Shown: piece by piece, positions 8,146-14,476 of the stretch
Position numbering within the stretch: the first letter of the stretch is position 1
Layout: every line of letters starts with the position of its first letter
From: Desulfobacterales bacterium
Lineage (GTDB): Bacteria > Desulfobacterota > Desulfobacteria > Desulfobacterales > CAFBRK01
NCBI GenBank assembly: GCA_050115795.1
Contig: JASFPT010000025.1
Location: 235-24,234, forward strand
Direction of reading: 5' to 3'
Length of the DNA stretch: 24,000 nt
Notes under the pieces: generated by a model
What the model was told of the DNA's origin: nothing
The model's database searches: none
What the model saw: the letters and a program-made list of their open reading frames with translations, nothing else
Translations under genes and position numbers: made by a program

Positions 8146-8832
8146 CTAGTGGCCGAGCTCCATCCCCCAGCCTTCGAACATGAACATGATCCCGAACCCG
8201 TACCAGAGGGTGTAGGCCACGTAAAAGATCAGGGAGAGGAGAACCACCCAGATCTGTTCCATGATGTGCTGGGGAGCGATGCCGTAGTAGTTATAGGCGG
8301 TTTCAACGGCCTTGCCGGAGGCGAACAAGATGATATTCGCCTCCTTGAATTTTTTTTGTTTCTTCAGGCTCTTGTCCATAACCTGAAAAGCGGTCCACCA
8401 GTTGTACAACACCTGCCGTTCGTCGTAGCCGTACTTCTGCACCACGGCCGCTCCCTGATTGTAGTACATTTTGTCGGCGTCTTCCAGGGCGTTTTCCAGG
8501 ACCTTTCCCAGGTCTGCGCTGACGGCAAGCGTGGAACCGTTTACATTGACCAGCGCGCCGCTTTTCATCAGCAGCGTTGCGGTCTGCTGCGCCTGCCGGT
8601 CGTCTTTCATCTCGAGGGTGACCTGGATCTGGTTGCCGGCAAACGCGGCGGCCTCCTCTTTGACCTTGGGAATGTAATAGGCCGACCCCTTGGAGATCGA
8701 GTTGTACAGGTCGTCCAGGTATTGGAGCCCGTTATGGCCCTTGATCAACGGCATGAACATCAGAACGAGGATGATGAAAAAGGCGATTATCATGCCGAGG
8801 CCGAGCGCGAATTCTTTTTTGTGGGCTATCAT
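8146..8832 (-). CDS. Hypothetical two-TM membrane protein, translationally coupled to the TauE-like permease
   Basis: ORF 8146..8925, trimmed to ATG 8832..8830, which overlaps the upstream TGA (8831..8829) as ATGA. 228 aa: N-terminal TM (LGLGMIIAFFIILVLMFMPLI), a ~150-aa Lys/Asn/Tyr-rich soluble domain, and a C-terminal TM (IWVVLLSLIFYVAYTLWYGFGIMFMF). I recognise no family. It is visibly less GC-rich than its neighbours. Confidence 0.7.
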   Translation of the reverse strand: MIAHKKEFALGLGMIIAFFIILVLMFMPLIKGHNGLQYLDDLYNSISKGSAYYIPKVKEEAAAFAGNQIQVTLEMKDDRQAQQTATLLMKSGALVNVNGSTLAVSADLGKVLENALEDADKMYYNQGAAVVQKYGYDERQVLYNWWTAFQVMDKSLKKQKKFKEANIILFASGKAVETAYNYYGIAPQHIMEQIWVVLLSLIFYVAYTLWYGFGIMFMFEGWGMELGH

Positions 8833-10127
8833 GACAACGCCCCTCCTTTCAGCACGCGGATGTTTTTCAAAAAGGTTCCGATGACCCAAACCCCGAAGCC
8901 GCCGATGACGATGAAAAAGGCCCATATCCCGATGGTGTTCAGGAAATCGCCGAGCCCCTTGGGGATCGGGATGATTCCCATGGCCCCGAGTTTGGACGGC
9001 AACGCGAAGATCCGGTTCACGAAGCCTGCCAGCACCGCCATGGCGTAAAAGCCTCGGATCGTGATGCCGGGCACCACCTTGGTGACCATGGCGCCGATCT
9101 GGATGCCGAGAAGGGAGCCGAGCAGCATCCCCATGGCCAGGGTGTAGAAGATGAACCCGTAGATGGCGTACTGGCTGATGGAGGCATAGCCGGCGGTGAA
9201 AACGATCTGGAAAATGTCCGTTCCCACCGTGGTCATCGAAGAGACCCCCAGCATGTAGACAAAGATCGGAAAGGTCAGAAATCCGCCCCCGACCCCCATG
9301 ATGCCGGCGGCCAGGCCCACGAGGGCCCCGGAGAGAACCAGAAACAGCCAGGAAATGCTGCGTCCCCCGGGGGTAAAATCAAAATCGAACTTGACCATGG
9401 GCGGCAGGGTGATGGACTGAAGCTTTTTCGGCAGGCCGCCCATTTCAGCCCCTTCGACTTTTCCACCGTGGGCCCCGCCGCCGTGAGGGGCCTGACCCTG
9501 CGAAATTTTTCTCGCCTTGAGAAAATCGACCATGGCGTAAATGCCGAGAAAGCCGAGCATCAGCGCATAGATCGTCGTGATAAAGGCGTCGGACAGCACC
9601 GGATTGATCTCGTAGAGCACCCGGTTGATAACGCCGCCGACCGTGGCCCCGACGATCGCACCGATCAAAAAGACCACGGCCAGCGGGACCGACACATTGC
9701 CCAGCTTGCGGTGGATGACGCTGCCCATGATCGCCTTGGCAAAGATGTGGAACAGGTCGGTGCCCACGGCCAAGATGCCCTTGATGCCCGCGCTCATCAG
9801 CGCCGGGGCGATGATAAACCCTCCACCGGCCCCGATGCAGCCGGTGATCAACCCCGCACCCATTCCGATCAGAATCGACACGATGAAGATCCCGGTGGAA
9901 TAATAGGCAGGGCTGTAGGCACCCTTGCCGCCGATAATGCTGGGCAGGGCGCCTCCGATCTCCTCGGCAAAAGCGATGCCGCAAAGAACCGGCGGAACGC
10001 TCAGCAAAAAGAGGAGCAACAGCCGCCTCCGGTCATGGATAATCGTGTCGGCGACCCGAATCTCCCACCGGGCGTGGGCCTGGGCTCCGGCCAGCATAAA
10101 TTGTCCCCATCGTCTGAGAAATTTCAT
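8829..10127 (-). CDS. TauE/SafE (DUF81) family anion permease
   Basis: Two internal halves carry the family Gly-rich motif: GCIGAGGGFIIAPALM and GIMGVGGGFLTFPIFVYM. It is polytopic. I prefer the ATG at 10127 (MKFLRRW...), which has SD AGGAG 10 nt upstream and a signal-peptide-like RRRLLLLFLLSVPPVLCGIAFA. The upstream 44 codons of ORF 8829..10259 look non-coding. Confidence 0.8.
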   Translation of the reverse strand: MKFLRRWGQFMLAGAQAHARWEIRVADTIIHDRRRLLLLFLLSVPPVLCGIAFAEEIGGALPSIIGGKGAYSPAYYSTGIFIVSILIGMGAGLITGCIGAGGGFIIAPALMSAGIKGILAVGTDLFHIFAKAIMGSVIHRKLGNVSVPLAVVFLIGAIVGATVGGVINRVLYEINPVLSDAFITTIYALMLGFLGIYAMVDFLKARKISQGQAPHGGGAHGGKVEGAEMGGLPKKLQSITLPPMVKFDFDFTPGGRSISWLFLVLSGALVGLAAGIMGVGGGFLTFPIFVYMLGVSSMTTVGTDIFQIVFTAGYASISQYAIYGFIFYTLAMGMLLGSLLGIQIGAMVTKVVPGITIRGFYAMAVLAGFVNRIFALPSKLGAMGIIPIPKGLGDFLNTIGIWAFFIVIGGFGVWVIGTFLKNIRVLKGGALS

Positions 10128-10269
10128 TTTGACTCTGCTCCTGTTTGGTTGTGAAAAGACACCGGCGGCTTTCCCGGAGGTCCCCGCCCCGCGGGGATTT
10201 GACCGGATCGGTATTGGTTGCCATCGGTTGCAGACCGTTTTCGGGCATCCGTTCTCCACTCTTCCGCCG

Positions 10270-10680
10270 TTACAGTTTGATTTGAATCTGGCGAATTTTT
10301 TCTTCCTGGATCGCCTTTTTCTTGTGGGCGTCCTGCACCTTGTAGAGCAGTTCGTCGAGGTCGACCGGTTTCATCAGGTAGTCGAAGGCGCCCAGCTCCA
10401 TTCCCTCGACGGCCACTTCCATGTTGGCATGACCGGTCAACAGGACGACCTCCACCAGCGGGAATCGTTTCCGGATCTCGCGAAGGGTCTCGATGCCGTC
10501 CATCCCGGGCATCCGGACATCGAGCACGACGACGTCGAATTCTTCCCGTTGGAGAAGGTCCAGGGCTTCAAAACCGCTCTGCACGCCCGCAACAGTCGTG
10601 TTCCGTTTCTGAAGCCGTTTGACGATGGTTTCCAGAAAGTCCGTTTCATCATCGACCAAAAGTACTCTACAGTCGGTCAT
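10270..10680 (-). CDS. Stand-alone CheY-like response regulator receiver
   Basis: 136 aa: VLLVDDE, VVVLDVRMPGMDG, VLLTGHA, DYLMKP. Clear paralog of 3007..3420. SD GGGAGA lies upstream. Confidence 0.92.
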   Translation of the reverse strand: MTDCRVLLVDDETDFLETIVKRLQKRNTTVAGVQSGFEALDLLQREEFDVVVLDVRMPGMDGIETLREIRKRFPLVEVVLLTGHANMEVAVEGMELGAFDYLMKPVDLDELLYKVQDAHKKKAIQEEKIRQIQIKL

Positions 10681-10890
10681 AACTTTCTCCCGGACGCGGC
10701 TCCCACGCTATGCCTTTCCAGGACTCGACGCACAATTTCCGGGGCCGAGACCTTTCCGGCCCCGCGGGCCGGTCGGCCCCCGGCAAAACCGCGCCGGAAA
10801 AGCATTCTCCCGGATTTGTGTCCATAGGAAATGGGATGCATCACCGATCTTTCTCTTCGGGCTGCAGGAGCGCACCGTGGCGGCAGCAGA

Positions 10891-11271
10891 TCAGGGGGAG
10901 GCGGCCGGTTTCCGGAGCATTTCGGCGACGGCCCCCTTCAGATCCTCGATGCTGCCGCCTTGTTTTTCCACAAAGGAAGTCGTGGACGCACTCGGGTGCT
11001 GGCGGTATTCCGCCCAGAATCCGTGGAGCACCACCGACACCCCGGGGGCCTGCTCGCGGATCTTCTCCAGGACCTTGAGTTCCCGCTCGTCGGGAAGGTT
11101 CAGGTCCAGGACGATCAGGTCCATCGGCTCCCCGTTCGAAAGCCGGTCCAGCACCTGGCGTCCATTTTTCGCCAAAAGGACTCGATATCCTTCAACAGAC
11201 AGCTCCCGCTGCAGGTAGTCGCGCACATGCCGGTTCCGGTCGGCCACCAGGATGGTAACGGCTCTCTTCAA
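10891..11271 (-). CDS. Atypical (partly degenerate) receiver-domain protein
   Basis: Receiver-like sequence TILVADRN...MDLIVLDLNLPD...VVLHGF...FVEKQG. The phospho-acceptor Asp is kept, but His replaces the conserved Thr/Ser and KQ replaces KP. I place the start at TTG 11271 (SD GGAGAAGGG, 3 nt spacer). The in-frame ATG at 11337 is part of a consensus sigma54 promoter. Alternative starts are 11337 and 11412. Confidence 0.65.
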   Translation of the reverse strand: MKRAVTILVADRNRHVRDYLQRELSVEGYRVLLAKNGRQVLDRLSNGEPMDLIVLDLNLPDERELKVLEKIREQAPGVSVVLHGFWAEYRQHPSASTTSFVEKQGGSIEDLKGAVAEMLRKPAASP

Positions 11272-11321
11272 GCGCCCTTCTCCATGAAAATTCTTTTTCC
11301 AGCTTTTCCACGGATTTTCAG

Positions 11322-11336
11322 GCAACCTCCGTGCCA
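11322..11336 (-). promoter_or_regulatory. sigma54 (-24/-12) promoter upstream of the receiver-TauE gene string
   Basis: The minus strand reads TGGCAC-GGAGG-TTGC, a full match to the TGGCACG-N4-TTGC core. The predicted TSS (~11310) lies about 40 nt upstream of the TTG/SD at 11271. Confidence 0.7.
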
Positions 11337-11489
11337 TTTTTTTCGGGCGCGCGCATCCCGGTTTTTGTGCGGCGTCAGTCGGCGTTTTTGCCCTGTAAGA
11401 ATCGCGGTCCAACCGCCCCAGCCGTTGGTGGCTTGCCTGAAAAATGTCGATCCGGGCACCGGCTCAGATGCCGCCGGGCGTGTCCGGTT

Positions 11490-11508
11490 TCTTTACAGGG
11501 TGTAAAGA
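11490..11508. promoter_or_regulatory. Perfect 8-3-8 palindrome, candidate operator/UAS in a divergent intergenic region
   Basis: TCTTTACA-GGG-TGTAAAGA, between the minus-strand receiver string and the plus-strand helicase. It lies about 165 nt upstream of the 11322-11336 sigma54 element. Confidence 0.3.
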
Positions 11509-11681
11509 CCGAGCGATCAAATCGGCCGTCTCCCGGTCTTTGGCCCGATCTCAGCCGATTTTTCACCCGACGAGATACGGGAGGCTGCAGTGGGGGCGCT
11601 TACCGAATCCGGGCCGGGGTGTCCCGGAAGGCCGGTTCGAGAAGCGTTGCGCGGAGGGGGAAATAAGGATATGGGCTGGCC

Positions 11682-13055
11682 ATGAAGATCATCATCGATC
11701 ACAGGCTCCAGGTTCTGGACCTTCCCACCGATATCCGAGAGGCGGTGGTTGCGGAACTGACCCTGGAAAACCCGAAATGGCTCGAGAATGTCCGAATGAA
11801 GCGCTGGAACCGAGGGACGCCGCGCCATCTGCGCATCTACCATCGGGGTCGACAGGGCCGTCTGTTTCTGCCCCGTGGCTACATCCGGCGGCTTCTGACC
11901 CTGGCCCGACGCTATGGGGTTCCGTGGTCGATCGATGACCGGCGACGGTCTCTTCCGCCGGTGGCCATCGAATTCCAGGGCCGGCTCAAGCCGTTTCAGT
12001 CAAGGGCCGTCGACAAGATGCTGGCAAAGGAATTCGGGACATTGTCTGCGCCGACCGGAGCCGGAAAGACGGTGATGGCCCTTTCGATGATCGCCCGGCG
12101 GGCGCAACCTTCCCTGGTCGTCGTCCACACGAAGGATCTGGCCCGCCAGTGGATGTCCCGGATCGAGACGTTTCTGCGGATTCCCGAAAGCGCAATCGGG
12201 CTGATCGGCGCCGGAAAGGAGCGGATCGGCGACCGGATCACCGTCGCCCTGGTTCAAAGCCTGTACTCTCGGGCAGAAGACATCCGCAGCCGGGTGGGGC
12301 ATCTGGTGGTGGATGAATGCCACCGAATTCCGAGCCGGTGTTTTACAGAGGCGGTCGCTGAATTCGATGCCCGGTATATGCTGGGGCTCAGTGCAACCCC
12401 CTGGAGACGGGACGGTCTTTCGAAATTGATCTTCTGGCACGTGGGCGCGCTTCAGCACAAGATCGACCCAAAGACGCTGGTGGCCGCCGGGGAGGTGCTG
12501 GCCGCGGAAGTCGTCTTCCGGGAGACCGAGTTCAGGCCGTTTTCCGACCCGGTGGGCGAGTACTCCCGAATGCTCACCGAACTGACGGCAGACGATCGCC
12601 GCAACCGCCTGATTGCAGGAGATGTGGCCGCCGAGGCGGCCGTCGGAAACGGAGTCTGCCTGGTGTTGTCGGACCGCAGGCACCACTGCGAAAGCCTGGC
12701 CGCATTGCTGCGATTCGGCCACGGCGTGGCCTGCGACGTGCTCACCGGAGACCTGAAAGAAGAGCAGCGGCGGGATGTTCTCCGGCGGCTGGAAGACGGC
12801 AACGTCCGGGTTCTGATCGCCACCGGCCAGCTCCTGGGAGAAGGGTTCGACAGCCGGAAGCTGACCACCCTTTTTCTGGCCACCCCGATCCGGTTCAGCG
12901 GGCGCCTGCTCCAGTATCTCGGCCGGGTGCTGCGGCCTGCGCCCGGCAAGGCGAAAGCCCGCGTCTTTGACTATGTCGACGTTCACGTAGGGCCGCTCAA
13001 AGCGGCTGCAGAAGCAAGGAAAAGGGTTTACGGGGCCGGGGCAGAGGGATCCTGA
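11682..13055 (+). CDS. Superfamily 2 DEAD/DEAH-box helicase (ResIII/XPB-like)
   Basis: 457 aa. Motif I LSAPTGAGKTVMAL, motif II LVVDECHRIPS, motif III LGLSATPWRRDG, C-terminal helicase lobe VLIATGQLLGEGFD, motif VI QYLGRVLR. Confidence 0.85.
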   Translation: MKIIIDHRLQVLDLPTDIREAVVAELTLENPKWLENVRMKRWNRGTPRHLRIYHRGRQGRLFLPRGYIRRLLTLARRYGVPWSIDDRRRSLPPVAIEFQGRLKPFQSRAVDKMLAKEFGTLSAPTGAGKTVMALSMIARRAQPSLVVVHTKDLARQWMSRIETFLRIPESAIGLIGAGKERIGDRITVALVQSLYSRAEDIRSRVGHLVVDECHRIPSRCFTEAVAEFDARYMLGLSATPWRRDGLSKLIFWHVGALQHKIDPKTLVAAGEVLAAEVVFRETEFRPFSDPVGEYSRMLTELTADDRRNRLIAGDVAAEAAVGNGVCLVLSDRRHHCESLAALLRFGHGVACDVLTGDLKEEQRRDVLRRLEDGNVRVLIATGQLLGEGFDSRKLTTLFLATPIRFSGRLLQYLGRVLRPAPGKAKARVFDYVDVHVGPLKAAAEARKRVYGAGAEGS

Positions 13056-13056
13056 G

Positions 13057-13090
13057 GAATTGAGAAATTAGAAATTAGAATTGAGAATTT
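13057..13090. repeat. AT-rich degenerate heptamer array with a 10-nt direct repeat
   Basis: GGAATT GAGAAATT AGAAATT AGAATT GAGAATTT. GAATTGAGAA occurs at 13057 and again at 13078 (21-nt offset). It is a strongly AT-rich island in a GC-rich convergent intergenic region. Confidence 0.6.
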
Positions 13091-13182
13091 GGAAGGATTC
13101 AGATCGGCAGCGCAGCATCTTTTCCGCCTCGCTGGCTCAAAGTTCCGACCACAAACGACAAACCACCGACCACCGACTGCCG

Positions 13183-14151
13183 CTATCCCTTCCACACCAG
13201 ATAGCCGATGTAGACACCGTAGCAGAGCAACATCACCGCTCCGTTGGCCCTGCTGAGCCGGGCGGATTTTCGCATCATGAACCAGGGCAGCACGCTGATG
13301 CCCATCATCACCAGGTAGTCGACGTAAAGCCCTCCCTGGAAAAAACCGCCTTCGATCCGCAATGGACGGACCAGCGATGCGGCTCCCAGCACGCTGATGA
13401 TGTTAAAGACGTTGCTGCCGATCAGGTTGCCGACGCTGATGTCCATTTCCTTTTTCAGGGCCGCCACAACGCTGGTGGCCAGTTCGGGCAGCGATGTGCC
13501 GAGCGCCACCACGGTCAGGCCGATAAATTTCTCGCTCACCCCCAAAAACATCATCATCGCCACTGCCGCATCGACGAGCAGTTCAGCGCCCACCACGACG
13601 CCGGTGATGCCGGCCAAAATCCGGAGGATCTGCCCTGCGCGAGAGCCGCCAGCCGTCGCCGGTGCCTTTCCCGGCACGCTTTCAAACAGCAGGCGGGATT
13701 CGCGCATGGCCATCGCGTAGCTGAACCAGACATAGAAAACCGCAGCGGCCAGCAAGGTGGCCCCCTCGATCCGGCCGATGGTCGAGTTCAGGGAGATCAA
13801 CAAGAGATAAAAGGAAACCCCGAGCATGATGGGGATCTCCCTGCGGACCACCGCCCGGTGGCAGGTGATCGGACCGAGCAGGGCGGCCAGGCCCAGGACC
13901 AGGCCGATGTTGCAGATATTGCTGCCGATGACGTTGCCGACGGCGATCATGCTCTTGCCCTTGAAGGCGGAAACCACGCTGACCACCAGTTCCGGCGCAG
14001 AAGTGCCGATGGCCACCACGGTCAGACCGATGACGATCGGCGACAGGCCGAGGCTGCGGGCAAGACCCACCGCTCCATTCACCAGCCATTCCGCGCCGTA
14101 GTAGAGCAGAAGAAGTCCTGCAAACAGAAAAATCAGATGCTGTGCGACGAT
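13183..14151 (-). CDS. CaCA family Ca2+/Na+ (cation) antiporter, YrbG-like
   Basis: Both alpha-repeats are present: GLTVVAIGTSAPELVVSVVSA and GLTVVALGTSLPELATSVVAAL, each followed by GNxIGSN. The family-typical N-terminus (IVAQHLIFLFAGLLLLYYGAEWLV) begins at ATC 14151, which has SD AAGGAA 6 nt upstream. There is no ATG/GTG/TTG there, so the 5' end is uncertain. The ORF-track start (TTG 14367) would overlap hgcB by about 200 nt. Confidence 0.8.
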   Translation of the reverse strand: MVAQHLIFLFAGLLLLYYGAEWLVNGAVGLARSLGLSPIVIGLTVVAIGTSAPELVVSVVSAFKGKSMIAVGNVIGSNICNIGLVLGLAALLGPITCHRAVVRREIPIMLGVSFYLLLISLNSTIGRIEGATLLAAAVFYVWFSYAMAMRESRLLFESVPGKAPATAGGSRAGQILRILAGITGVVVGAELLVDAAVAMMMFLGVSEKFIGLTVVALGTSLPELATSVVAALKKEMDISVGNLIGSNVFNIISVLGAASLVRPLRIEGGFFQGGLYVDYLVMMGISVLPWFMMRKSARLSRANGAVMLLCYGVYIGYLVWKG

Positions 14152-14162
14152 GGAATTTCCTT

Positions 14163-14453
14163 TCAGCAGCAGCTGCCGCTGCCGCAGGCGGCTTTGTCTT
14201 TGCCGCGGACCCAGGACTGGATGATGTAAGAGGCGCAGCCGACCCCCGGGTGCACCGTCACCGCCGCCGTGGGGCAGTTCATGGCGCAGGCCCCGCACTC
14301 CATGCAGCCGTCGGCGTCGACGACCCGGGCCTTTTCCCGTTCCAGCACCAGGACGCCGTGGGGGCAAACGGTCGTGCAGGCGCCGCAGCCGACGCAGAGG
14401 CCGTCATCGAGCTGGAGTGTCGTCACGCCGGTCAGGTATCGGAATTCTCTCAT
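14163..14453 (-). CDS. hgcB: HgcB, 2x[4Fe-4S] ferredoxin of the mercury methylation pair
   Basis: Last 96 codons of ORF 14163..15506, from ATG 14453: MREFRYLTGVTTLQLDDGLCVGCGACTTVCPHGV...DGCMECGACAMNCPTAAV...PGVGCASYII...CGSGSCC. It has two CxxCxxCxxxCP motifs, the extra conserved Cys (GVGCA) and the C-terminal vicinal CC typical of HgcB. It starts 23 nt downstream of the hgcA stop. Confidence 0.9.
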   Translation of the reverse strand: MREFRYLTGVTTLQLDDGLCVGCGACTTVCPHGVLVLEREKARVVDADGCMECGACAMNCPTAAVTVHPGVGCASYIIQSWVRGKDKAACGSGSCC

Positions 14454-14476
14454 GGTTTGTCTTTCTCGGGCTCGGG

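Noticed and set aside
5050-9048. Very long plus-strand ORFs (5050..6912, 620 aa; 6988..9048, 686 aa). Similar ones occur at 206..1069, 3585..4775, 13081..14229, 14417..15862, 15694..17307, 16841..17881, 17878..18903, 18695..20554 and 21664..23382.
   Set aside because: All lie antisense to, or out of frame with, genes that have clear family motifs. Their translations are Arg/Gly/Pro/His-rich low-complexity sequence with no recognisable domain, as expected for stop-poor alternative frames in GC-rich DNA.
10211-10235. Plus-strand TGGTTGCCATCGGTTGCAG, which resembles a sigma54 element.
   Set aside because: The GG to GC spacing is two nt too long, and no plus-strand gene follows it.
10741-10780. 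Nested GC-rich hairpin (GGGGCCGA...TCGGCCCC enclosing CCGGCCC-CGC-GGGCCGG) between the degenerate receiver and the next receiver.
   Set aside because: No U-tract follows on either strand, so it is not a convincing intrinsic terminator, and I see no second copy elsewhere in the window. Left uncalled.
10677-10841. 54-codon minus-strand ORF (MHPISYGHKSGRMLFRRGFAGG...GRKL) in the gap between the two receiver genes. It ends in an ATGA overlap with the receiver start at 10680.
   Set aside because: It has no SD and an Arg/Gly-rich composition. Third-position GC looks no higher than the overall GC level, so there is no coding-type bias. It also spans a nested GC-rich hairpin (10741-10780). The ATGA overlap follows automatically from the receiver's ATG-ACC. 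Probably non-coding, though ribosome profiling could revisit it.
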